Assembly (NCBI GenBank): GCA_035263725.1
Contig: DATFRC010000054.1
Location: forward strand, 38 to 64,037
Source: Jatrophihabitantaceae bacterium
GTDB taxonomy: Bacteria > Actinomycetota > Actinomycetes > Mycobacteriales > Jatrophihabitantaceae
Direction: 5' to 3'
DNA length: 64,000 bases
The notes under the pieces were generated by a model that saw only the letters and a list, made by a program, of their open reading frames with translations, was not told the DNA's origin and made no database searches. Position 1 is the first letter of the stretch; each line of letters begins with the position of its first letter. The position numbers and the translations under genes are program-made. Of this stretch, positions 9,462 to 17,580 are shown in pieces.

Positions 9462-10549
9462 GCCGGGATGCGATCGCAGCCGCGCAGCGCGTCGTGGTCA
9501 AGGTCGGCTCGTCATCGCTCACCTCGCGTGGCCGTCTCGACCCGGCCCGACTCGGCGCACTCGTCGACGCGCTTGCCATACACCGGCGTACGGGACGCCA
9601 GGTCGTGCTCGTCTCTTCGGGTGCGATTGCGGCCGGCATCGGGCCGCTGCGTCTCCGTGCGCGTCCCAACGACCTGGCCACCCAGCAGGCGGCAGCGAGC
9701 GTCGGGCAGTTGCTGCTCGCCGAGCGGTACGCCGTGGCGTTCGGCCGGCACGGGCTGACGGTGGGTCAGGTGCTGCTGACCGCCGACGACCTGCATCGCC
9801 GCGGCCACTACCGCAACGCCAGCCGCACCTTCGAGCGGCTGTTGGCCCTCGGCGTCATTCCCATCGTCAACGAGAACGACACCGTGGCTACGCACGAGAT
9901 CCGCTTCGGCGACAACGACCGGCTCGCCGCGCTCGTCGCGCACCTGGTCCGGGCCGACGCGCTTGTGCTGCTGTCGGATGTGGACGGTCTCTACACCTCC
10001 GAGCCGCGCCGTGCCGGAGCGCGCGCACTGACCGATGTGCAATCGCTGGACGAGCTCGCTCAGGTTCGCCTGCGCGGTGGCGGCAGCGGCGTCGGTACCG
10101 GCGGCATGGCTACCAAGATCGAGGCTGCCACGATCGCGACGAGCTCGGGCATCCCGGTCCTGCTCGCTGCGGCGACGTCGGTTGCCGACGCACTCGAGGG
10201 GCGGGACGGCACGGCGTTCCATCCCACCGCCGATCGGACGGCGTCGCGGCTGTTCTGGCTGCAGCACGCGACCAAGCCGCGCGGTCAGTTGGTGCTCGAC
10301 GCCGGTGCGGTCACCGCCGTGGTGGCACGCCGGGCTTCGCTGCTGCCCGCCGGCATCGTCGGAGTCAGTGGCGACTTTGAGTCGGGTGATCCCGTCGAGC
10401 TTCTCGGCCCCGACGGCGCCGTGGTCGGCCGCGGCCTGGTCAGCTACGACTCCGCTGACCTGCCGGCCCTGCTGGGCCGCAAGACGCACGATCTGCCTGC
10501 CGAGTTCCGCCGCGAGGTCGTCCACCGTGACGATCTTGTCCTCCTGTAG
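9458..10549 (+). CDS. proB: Glutamate 5-kinase
   Basis: Contains [10 protein letters not shown] and a C-terminal PUA domain. Its start overlaps the obg stop (ATGA). Confidence 0.9.
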   Translation: MSRDAIAAAQRVVVKVGSSSLTSRGRLDPARLGALVDALAIHRRTGRQVVLVSSGAIAAGIGPLRLRARPNDLATQQAAASVGQLLLAERYAVAFGRHGLTVGQVLLTADDLHRRGHYRNASRTFERLLALGVIPIVNENDTVATHEIRFGDNDRLAALVAHLVRADALVLLSDVDGLYTSEPRRAGARALTDVQSLDELAQVRLRGGGSGVGTGGMATKIEAATIATSSGIPVLLAAATSVADALEGRDGTAFHPTADRTASRLFWLQHATKPRGQLVLDAGAVTAVVARRASLLPAGIVGVSGDFESGDPVELLGPDGAVVGRGLVSYDSADLPALLGRKTHDLPAEFRREVVHRDDLVLL

Positions 10550-10620
10550 GAGGTCTTCCGCTCTACACGTCGCGACGCCATAGTTTGCGTTACGCGAGCC
10601 TCGGTGGAGGAGGGCGGCGG

Positions 10621-11418
10621 ATGATGAGACCGTCAGTCAGCGCCGGGATCGCCGTCCTGGCGGCACTGGGAACGTTCGTCGCGACGGCCGCGGCCGCCGC
10701 GCCGGCCGTGACGCCGCAATACGCGGCGCTCGGCGACTCGTACGCGTCCGGTGTCGGCAGCCGCACGTACTACAGCGACAGCGGCTCGTGTTACCGCTCG
10801 CCGTACGCCTACGCGGTGCTCGACGCGGCGCGCGTCGGCGCAGCGCTCACGTTCAACGCGTGCAGTGGCGCCAAGGCGGCCGACGTGCAGAACAAGCAGC
10901 TCGCCGGGCTAACCACTTCGACGCGGTGGGTCACCGTGCAGGCCGGCGGCGACGACCTCAACTTCTCATCGGTGATCACGACATGCGCCGAGCCGTCCTG
11001 GCTCGGCGACTGCGACAAGGCCGTGGCTAACGCGCAGAGCATCGCACGCAACACGCTGCCGGGACGCCTTGACGCGCTCTACAACGCGATCCGGTCACAT
11101 GCCACGAAGGCGAAGGTGACCGTTGTGGGTTACCCACGTCTTTTCAACGGCGTGGACTGCAACGCGGCAACGTGGTTCAGCGCTCATGACGAGTCGATCC
11201 TCAACCAGACGGCGGATCTGCTCGACAGCACGATGGCCGGTCGAGCGTCGGCGCACGGCTTCGCGTTCGTCAATCCGGAGCAGGCGTTTATCGGGCACGC
11301 TGTGTGCGACAAGGTCGAGTGGATCAACGGGCTGTCCAATCCGGTCAGGGAGTCCTACCATCCAAACCGGAGTGGTCAGTCCGCTTACGCCAATCTGGTG
11401 GACGCCGACCTGGTCTGA
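10621..11418 (+). CDS. Secreted SGNH/GDSL hydrolase (lipase/esterase-like)
   Basis: Has a signal peptide (MMRPSVSAGIAVLAALGTFVATAAAAAPA) and block I (ALGDSYASGVG). A GGAGGAGGG Shine-Dalgarno sequence precedes ATG 10621. Confidence 0.8.
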   Translation: MMRPSVSAGIAVLAALGTFVATAAAAAPAVTPQYAALGDSYASGVGSRTYYSDSGSCYRSPYAYAVLDAARVGAALTFNACSGAKAADVQNKQLAGLTTSTRWVTVQAGGDDLNFSSVITTCAEPSWLGDCDKAVANAQSIARNTLPGRLDALYNAIRSHATKAKVTVVGYPRLFNGVDCNAATWFSAHDESILNQTADLLDSTMAGRASAHGFAFVNPEQAFIGHAVCDKVEWINGLSNPVRESYHPNRSGQSAYANLVDADLV

Positions 11419-11486
11419 GATACCGCACCGCGACGAGCTGCGACATGTCCAGAGAGCAAGGCACTACGACGCCGTAATCTTGGGCC

Positions 11487-12743
11487 ATGGGCGATAAGAC
11501 GACCGCCGAGGATGTCCACGCCGTCGCGACGCGCGCGCGCGACGCTGCCGCCGAGCTCGCCCCGCTGCCGCGCGGCGCCAAGGACGCGGCCCTGTTTGCG
11601 ATGGCCGATGCGCTTTTCGAAGCAACCGACGCGGTGCTGTCGGCGAACGCCGACGACGTCGCTGCCGGGAGGGCCGCCGGCACGTCCGACGCGCTCGTGG
11701 ACCGGCTCACACTGACTCGGGAACGAGTCGCGTCCATGGCCACCGGGTTGCGGGAGATCGCGGCGCTGCCCGATCCGGTTGGCGAGGTGGTGCGTGGCTA
11801 CACGCAGCCGAACGGGTTGGAAATCCGGCAGATCCGCGTTCCCATCGGCGTGATCGCGATCGTGTACGAGGCACGGCCCAATGTCACCGTCGACGCGGCC
11901 GGGCTGACGCTCAAGAGCGGCAACGCCGTGCTGCTGCGCGGGTCAGCGTCCGCGTACCGGTCGAACACCGCACTCGTCGAGGTGCTCGCCGGCGCGGTTG
12001 AAAAGGCAGGACTGCCCGGCGACGCCGTGCAGCTCGTGCCGGGTACCGACCGCAGCAGCGTGGGTCACCTGCTCAGCTCCCGGGGCCTCGTCGACCTGAT
12101 CATCCCGCGCGGCGGCGCCGGCTTGATCAACTACGTGGTGGAGAACGCGACGGTGCCGGTGATCGAGACCGGTGTGGGCAACGTCCACGTCTATGTCGAC
12201 GCCACCGCCGATCTCGATGTGGCCGAGCGCATCGTCCTCAATGCCAAGACGTCACGGCCGAGCGTCTGCAACGCCGCCGAGACGCTGCTCGTGCATCGCG
12301 CGGTCTCCGCCGAGTTCGTGCCGCGGGTCATCGCGGCCCTCCGGGCGAGCGGCGTCACCGTGCACGGCGACGACGCGTTCGTTGCGGCGGGCGCGACGCC
12401 GGCTGCCGACGACGACTGGGCCACCGAGTACCTGTCGCTCGACTTGGCGGCCCGTGTCGTCGACGACGTCGACGACGCGATCGCCCACATCCGTCGCTGG
12501 TCGTCCGGACACACTGAGGCGATCGTTACTCGCGACCTCGACACGGCGCGGCGCTTCGTCGCCCGTGTCGACTCCGCCGCTGTCATGGTCAACGCCTCGA
12601 CGCGGTTCACCGACGGGGGAGAGTTCGGCTTCGGCGCTGAGATCGGTATCTCCACGCAGAAGATGCACGCCCGGGGGCCGATGGGACTGCCTGAGCTCAC
12701 CACGACGAAGTGGGTCGTGACCGGCGACGGCCAGGTGCGGTAA
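11487..12743 (+). CDS. proA: Glutamate-5-semialdehyde dehydrogenase
   Basis: 418 aa, with the blocks [17 protein letters not shown] and [13 protein letters not shown]. Confidence 0.92.
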   Translation: MGDKTTAEDVHAVATRARDAAAELAPLPRGAKDAALFAMADALFEATDAVLSANADDVAAGRAAGTSDALVDRLTLTRERVASMATGLREIAALPDPVGEVVRGYTQPNGLEIRQIRVPIGVIAIVYEARPNVTVDAAGLTLKSGNAVLLRGSASAYRSNTALVEVLAGAVEKAGLPGDAVQLVPGTDRSSVGHLLSSRGLVDLIIPRGGAGLINYVVENATVPVIETGVGNVHVYVDATADLDVAERIVLNAKTSRPSVCNAAETLLVHRAVSAEFVPRVIAALRASGVTVHGDDAFVAAGATPAADDDWATEYLSLDLAARVVDDVDDAIAHIRRWSSGHTEAIVTRDLDTARRFVARVDSAAVMVNASTRFTDGGEFGFGAEIGISTQKMHARGPMGLPELTTTKWVVTGDGQVR

Positions 12744-12751
12744 CGCCCGGC

Positions 12752-13165
12752 TTAGTAGTAGCGGTGCGGCGCGAAACGGCCACCGCGGAAGCGGGGACCG
12801 CCGAAGCGCCGCCCGATGAAGAAGATCCAGAGGAACGGGAACAGGAAGAACGGCGGCACGCGGAGGAACGCCACCCACGCGATGCACGCGAGGACGAGCA
12901 GGACAGCGACCGCGGGCCACCAGTTCGTCCGGGGGCGCGGAGGCTGTGGGGGGTTGAGGTCGGGCAGATCGGCGAACAGCGGGGCGAGGTCGGATGCGGT
13001 GCGGGCCTGGTAGGCGCGCTGGACGCGCTCGTCGAACTCTTCTGTGGTGAGCCGCCCGGCGGCCAGGTGCTCGCCGAGGTCAGCGGCGGCGCGCTCCCGC
13101 TCTGCGGTGCCGATGCGAAGCTCACCCATGGCAACACTGTAATCGTTCTTACGAGGGCCTGCCAT
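12752..13165 (-). CDS. DUF1707 domain membrane protein
   Basis: Contains RIGTAERERAAADLGEHLAAGRLTTEEFDERV followed by a TM segment. Its start overlaps the stop of the upstream response regulator (TAATG). An alternative ATG is at 13129. Confidence 0.7.
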   Translation of the reverse strand: MAGPRKNDYSVAMGELRIGTAERERAAADLGEHLAAGRLTTEEFDERVQRAYQARTASDLAPLFADLPDLNPPQPPRPRTNWWPAVAVLLVLACIAWVAFLRVPPFFLFPFLWIFFIGRRFGGPRFRGGRFAPHRYY

Positions 13166-13809
13166 TAAGAGTCGAGGTACCGCAGCACAGCAAGCACCCG
13201 CCGGTGGTCCTCCTCGGACGGCGGCAGGTCGAGCTTGGTGAGGATGTTGGCGACGTGCTTCTCCACTGCCCGTTCCGTGACGACCAGCCGCCGCGCGATC
13301 GCGGCGTTCGAACGGCCCTCGGCCATGAGGCCGAGCACCGCGCGCTCGCGGGGCGTGAGGACGGCGAGGGCATTGCCTCGGCGGCTCGCGCCGAAGAGTT
13401 GCGTGACGACCTCCGGGTCGAGCGCGGTGCCGCCTTTTGCCACCCGGGTGAGTGCGTCGAGGAACTCCCCGACGTCGGCCACACGGTCCTTGAGCAGGTA
13501 CCCGACGCCCGCCGACGACGTGGCGAGCAGCTCAGCGGCATAACGTGTCTCGATCCACTGCGAGAACACCAGCACGCCCACCCCGGGGCGTTCCCGGCGG
13601 ATCGCGATGGCGGCGCGCAGACCTTCGTCGGTAAAGCTCGGCGGCATCCGGATGTCGACCACGGCGACGTCCGGCACGTGTTCGGCCACGGCGGCACGCA
13701 GCGCGTCGCCGTCCCGGACTGCCGCCACCACGTCGTGGCCTCGATCGACGAGCAGTTGGGCGAGCCCGTCACGCAAGATTGCGGCGTCCTCAGCAATGAC
13801 GATGCGCAT
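13165..13809 (-). CDS. NarL/FixJ (LuxR-type) two-component response regulator
   Basis: Has a receiver domain (MRIVIAEDAAILRDGL...VVDIRMPP) and a LuxR HTH (LTPRERAVLGLMAEGRSNAAIARRLVVTERAVEKHV). Confidence 0.9.
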   Translation of the reverse strand: MRIVIAEDAAILRDGLAQLLVDRGHDVVAAVRDGDALRAAVAEHVPDVAVVDIRMPPSFTDEGLRAAIAIRRERPGVGVLVFSQWIETRYAAELLATSSAGVGYLLKDRVADVGEFLDALTRVAKGGTALDPEVVTQLFGASRRGNALAVLTPRERAVLGLMAEGRSNAAIARRLVVTERAVEKHVANILTKLDLPPSEEDHRRVLAVLRYLDS

Positions 13810-13812
13810 GCG

Positions 13813-15090
13813 TCAGCTCCTCACCGGCAACTCGACCGTGATCGTCGTGGGACCGCCCGGCGGGCTGTCGACGGTCAGCATTCCGTCCATGGTGCGTACC
13901 CGCTCGTCCAGCCCGGAAAGGCCGGTGCCGGCACCGATGCGCGCGCCGCCGTGCCCGTCGTCGCTGACCTCGGCGCGAAGCCGTCCGCCGTGCTCATGGA
14001 CGCGCACAACCGCGTGCTGCGCCCCGCTGTGTCGCACGACGTTAGTGAGCAGCTCGGCGACGCAGAAGTACATGATCGTCTCGATTGCCGGCGACGGGCG
14101 CCGCGGCACGCTCGCATGCAGCTCGACCGGAACTGCGCTGCGCGCGGCCAGCGTCGCAAGCGCTGCCTCGAGCCCTTGATCGAGCACCGGCGGATGAATG
14201 CCGCGCACCATGTCGCGAAGCTCTGCGATCGCGTCTTTCGCGTTGTCGTGCGCGCTGCCGACTAGTTCGCGCACCCGTTCCGGGTCGGACGTCTCACGAG
14301 CCTGGCCGAGGCTCATCGCGAGCGCGACCAGCCGGGCCTGCGTCCCGTCATGCAGATCCCGCTCGATGCGGCGCAGAGCCGCGGCGGAGTCCTCGACGGC
14401 GCGGGCCCGGCTACGTTCCAGCTCGCGCACCCGCTCGCCTCGTGACGTCGGCCCGAGCAGCCAGCGCATCATCACTCCATCGAGCGCAACTACTGCCCGC
14501 ACCGGCCACGGCACCAGGAAGATCGCGACCAGGCCGGCCGCCGACACGAGTAACGCGCGTGGCCACGTCTCGATGAAGTAGTCGCCGAACTGGATGCCCG
14601 AGTGATGCACGACGCCGCGTGAGTCCACGTTGGTGGGGTCGAACCCCTGCCACCACACGGGGTAGGTGAACGCCAGCGCCGCCCACGACCAGAGCACGAC
14701 GGCACCGAATGCGCCGCCGATCGCCAGCACGAACTTGACGATCAAATAGGCGAGCGCCCGCCATCCGGGACCGTCGGACAGCGCTGCGCCGAGCCAGCCC
14801 AGTAGCCCCGGGTTGCGGCGAAACGGCGGCGGGTTCCCTACCTGGATGCCGACAAGAGAACGGCCCAGTGCGCGGTGCAGGCGCCCGAACCACCTCCCGG
14901 CCAGCACCGTCAACCCGATCAGCGGCAGTCCCAGGAAGGTGATTGCGAGGAAGGTTCCGGCCGCGAGGAACGTCACGGTGAAGCAGAACCCGACCAGCGC
15001 AAGCGGTGCGCTGATCAGCAGGTAGCCGAAACTCGCCCAAGTCCGCGCTGCGATCGGTCCGCGGAGAAACGCCCGGGCCTGCTCGTTCAT
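13813..15090 (-). CDS. Sensor histidine kinase (HisKA_3 type) with a polytopic N-terminal sensor
   Basis: Has an H-box (RIERDLHDGTQARLVAL) and an ATPase domain (DDGHGGA...GTGLSGL). There are several N-terminal TM helices. Confidence 0.88.
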   Translation of the reverse strand: MNEQARAFLRGPIAARTWASFGYLLISAPLALVGFCFTVTFLAAGTFLAITFLGLPLIGLTVLAGRWFGRLHRALGRSLVGIQVGNPPPFRRNPGLLGWLGAALSDGPGWRALAYLIVKFVLAIGGAFGAVVLWSWAALAFTYPVWWQGFDPTNVDSRGVVHHSGIQFGDYFIETWPRALLVSAAGLVAIFLVPWPVRAVVALDGVMMRWLLGPTSRGERVRELERSRARAVEDSAAALRRIERDLHDGTQARLVALAMSLGQARETSDPERVRELVGSAHDNAKDAIAELRDMVRGIHPPVLDQGLEAALATLAARSAVPVELHASVPRRPSPAIETIMYFCVAELLTNVVRHSGAQHAVVRVHEHGGRLRAEVSDDGHGGARIGAGTGLSGLDERVRTMDGMLTVDSPPGGPTTITVELPVRS

Positions 15091-15109
15091 GATCTGCTCA
15101 GGGTGCCAG

Positions 15110-15331
15110 CTATACGTGGCGCCGGCGTCGGCGCAGCCAGATGAACGCCCCCAGGAGCACGGCGAGTCCGGGTCCGGCGTGAACCGCGAGTACCCCGGCC
15201 AGCGACGGTCCGCCCCAGTCCTGGCGATACGAGGCGGGGTTGCCGTAATCGATCTGGAACAGCTCGGCGACGCCGCGGACCACCGCGTACAAGGCGATAA
15301 CGCCGGCCACGACCTGCAGTGTGCGCCTCAT
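15110..15331 (-). CDS. Small two-TM membrane protein (hypothetical), first gene of the histidine kinase/response regulator operon
   Basis: MRRTLQVVAGVIALYAVV...GLAVLLGAFIWLRRRRR. It ends 20 nt before the kinase start. An alternative start is at 15379. Confidence 0.5.
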   Translation of the reverse strand: MRRTLQVVAGVIALYAVVRGVAELFQIDYGNPASYRQDWGGPSLAGVLAVHAGPGLAVLLGAFIWLRRRRRHV

Positions 15332-15429
15332 GCGTTTCAGCTTGCCGCCGTGCACTGGCCGATTCGATGGCGCCAGCACTGGCGTTCACGGTGCGGTTAA
15401 CCGAACCACGGGGTCCGTAGGATCACGCC

Positions 15430-16032
15430 ATGTCGGCGCGACGAGTCGGGATCATGGGCGGGACGTTCGACCCGATCCACCACGGCCACCTCGTCGCGGC
15501 CAGCGAGGCTGCCGACAGCTTCGGCCTCGACGAGGTCATATTCGTCCCGACGGGCGCGCCGTACCAGAAGTCCGAGCGGGAGGTCAGCCCGGCTGAGCAC
15601 CGTTACCTCATGACCGTGATCGCAACCGCGTCGAATCCCCAGTTCTGGGTGAGCCGCGTCGACATCGACCGGCCCGGTCCGACTTACACCATCGACACGA
15701 TCCGGGACATCACCGCGTTGCAGCCCGCAGCCGAACTGTACTTCATTACCGGGGCCGATGCGCTGGCGCAGATCCTTTCCTGGCACGAGCACGAGGAGGC
15801 GCTTCGGCTGGCCCGGTTCATCGGCGTGACCCGTCCCGGCTACGTGCTCTCCGACGCGCACCTGCCGGTCGACACGGTCACCCTGATAGACGTTCCGGCG
15901 ATGGCGATCTCCTCCAGTGCGGTGCGCGGACGTGTCCGCGGCGGCAGGCCGATCTGGTACCTCGTGCCGGACGGCGTCGTCCAGTACATCGCGAAGCATC
16001 ATCTGTACCGCGACGTAGGCTCGCCCACGTGA
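15430..16032 (+). CDS. nadD: Nicotinate-nucleotide adenylyltransferase
   Basis: Carries the [11 protein letters not shown] motif. Confidence 0.92.
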   Translation: MSARRVGIMGGTFDPIHHGHLVAASEAADSFGLDEVIFVPTGAPYQKSEREVSPAEHRYLMTVIATASNPQFWVSRVDIDRPGPTYTIDTIRDITALQPAAELYFITGADALAQILSWHEHEEALRLARFIGVTRPGYVLSDAHLPVDTVTLIDVPAMAISSSAVRGRVRGGRPIWYLVPDGVVQYIAKHHLYRDVGSPT

Positions 16033-16057
16033 CTGCGTTCTCCCGGAATGCCAGCTC

Positions 16058-16426
16058 GTGACGGCCACGGACACCGCGCGCGAGCTCGCCCTGGTGGCGG
16101 CCAACGCCGCCGCGGACAAGCTCGCCACCGACATCGTCCTTATCGACGTCAGCGAGCGGCTGGTGATCACCGACGTGTTCGTGATCGCAACCGGCAACAA
16201 CGAACGGCAGGTCGAGGCGATCGTCGACGAGGTGGAGGAGAAGCTGCGGCAGGCGGGCGTGAAGCCACTGCGCCGCGAGGGTCGCCGCGACGGCCGGTGG
16301 GTCCTGCTCGACTACGCCGACATCGTGGTGCACGTGCAGCACGCCGAGGAGCGGTTGTACTACGCGCTCGAGCGGCTGTGGAAGGACTGCCCAACGATCG
16401 ATTTCGCCCCCGACGGCCAACGGTGA
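16058..16426 (+). CDS. rsfS: Ribosome silencing factor RsfS
   Basis: 122 aa with the family block DIVLIDVSERLVITDVFVIATG...WVLLDYADIVVHV. It lies downstream of nadD. Confidence 0.9.
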   Translation: MTATDTARELALVAANAAADKLATDIVLIDVSERLVITDVFVIATGNNERQVEAIVDEVEEKLRQAGVKPLRREGRRDGRWVLLDYADIVVHVQHAEERLYYALERLWKDCPTIDFAPDGQR

Positions 16427-17088
16427 CCGGCGACCGCTTCGTGGCCAAGCGCCGGGTGCTGTTGCTCCGGCACGGGCGTACGGCGTGGAACGCGCAGCAC
16501 CGCTTCCAGGGCCAGGCCGACCCACCGCTGGACGAGGCCGGCAAAGCGCAGGCGTTCGAGGTGGCCGCGCTGGTCGCAGCGCTCACCCCGGATCTCGTCA
16601 TGTCTTCGGACGCCAAGCGAGCTCTGCAGACGGCAGCGCCACTCGCCGAGATCATCGGGCTGCCCGTGGTGCCGGAGCCGCGCTTCCGGGAGCGCTCGCT
16701 GGGGCATTGGGAGGGACTCACCCGCGACGAGGTTGCAGAGATGTATCCGGACGAGTACGCCGACTGGGTGGCAGGCCGCGACGTCAGTCGTCGCGGTGGC
16801 GAGACTCGCGAGCAGGTGGCTGCCCGGGCGCTCGAGGCATTCACCGAGATCGACGACGACGTTCGGCTCGCGGTGATTGTCACGCACAGTGCAACGGCGA
16901 TGGCGCTGTGTGCAGCGCTGTTGGGCTTGCCGCCCCGCGACCCGGTTCTCGCCCCGCTTGCCAACTGCCACTGGTCGGAGCTGCGGCACGGCTCCCGGTG
17001 GGAGTTACGCGCTCACAATGTCGGTGCGCCCGGCCCTGTCATTCCGCGTCTCGACCTCGAAGAGGATGCTGCCGACGCCGAAGCGTGA
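16423..17088 (+). CDS. Histidine phosphatase family protein (GpgP-like by position after nadD-rsfS)
   Basis: GTG 16423 overlaps the rsfS stop (GTGA). It has the RHG motif LLLRHGRTAWN. Confidence 0.8.
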   Translation: MTGDRFVAKRRVLLLRHGRTAWNAQHRFQGQADPPLDEAGKAQAFEVAALVAALTPDLVMSSDAKRALQTAAPLAEIIGLPVVPEPRFRERSLGHWEGLTRDEVAEMYPDEYADWVAGRDVSRRGGETREQVAARALEAFTEIDDDVRLAVIVTHSATAMALCAALLGLPPRDPVLAPLANCHWSELRHGSRWELRAHNVGAPGPVIPRLDLEEDAADAEA

Positions 17089-17181
17089 CGGTCGCGCTGC
17101 GAGCGCACTGGCACATCAGTGACATGGCACGGCGGCGGCTTGTAGCCCCGTTTGCACCGACCTAATGTGGCCGTCAGGTGC

Positions 17182-17236
17182 CCCCGCGTCCGGTGGCGAC
17201 GGACAACGGACGCGGGGCGAGCACCTTATTTTTTTC
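17182..17236 (+). terminator. Perfect 11-bp hairpin followed, 9 nt later, by a T7 run
   Basis: CCCCGCGTCCG (17182-17192) pairs with CGGACGCGGGG (17207-17217). The run TTATTTTTTT is at 17227-17236, so the U-tract is not adjacent to the stem and this is not a canonical terminator. Confidence 0.4.
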
Positions 17237-17353
17237 CGCCGGATGCGGATCTCCGTCTCCACCGCTCGCTGACGCTCGGGTGGATCCGAATCTCCGCACG
17301 CGCCTACGGCGCGCCGGCGTCGCGGCGGCGGACTCTTCGCGCGAGCGCTCATC
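17230..17353 (-). repeat. ~123-nt GC-rich intergenic repeat, copy C (reverse orientation)
   Basis: The reverse complement of 17333-17353 is GATGAGCGCTCGCGCGAAGAG, 20/21 identical to the 21-mer at 31152 and 63638. Similarity to the 63638 copy continues for ~115 nt. Confidence 0.8.
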
Positions 17354-17478
17354 GCGTTGTGGTTGCAACTTGGCGCGGTTGCCTCTCACCGGCGCCTCGT
17401 CTGCCCCGGTGGCCGGTTTTCGGGGCGCACGCATCCTTTATCATGACGGTGTGAGGTATTACCGCCTGCTCCTTATCG

Positions 17479-17549
17479 GGCCGCGCTGACCAGGTACCAC
17501 GTCAGCGCGGCTGAGCCTCTGCGATCCTGTCGCGGAGGCTTTCGTTTGT
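17479..17549 (+). promoter_or_regulatory. leuS leader: a 12-bp palindromic hairpin followed by an 11-bp hairpin with a U-rich tail
   Basis: GGCCGCGCTGAC...GTCAGCGCGGCT spans 17479-17512. AGCCTCTGCGA (17514-17524) pairs with TCGCGGAGGCT (17530-17540), followed by TTCGTTTGT. The element ends 32 nt before the leuS ATG. Confidence 0.5.
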
Positions 17550-17580
17550 CCGGCCACCCCATAGCAGGAGCAGAAAGCAG

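Noticed and set aside
16048-16422. The 5' extension of the histidine phosphatase ORF (16048-17088), which overlaps rsfS.
   Set aside because: The overlapping frame gives Arg/Gly/Pro-rich nonsense, whereas rsfS in the other frame has clear family blocks. The phosphatase starts at GTG 16423, coupled to the rsfS stop.
17479-17512. Possible T-box riboswitch upstream of leuS, suggested by GGTACCAC.
   Set aside because: It does not match the T-box consensus (AAUUAGGGUGGUACCGCG). I found no specifier-loop or stem-I features, and the string is simply the centre of a palindrome.
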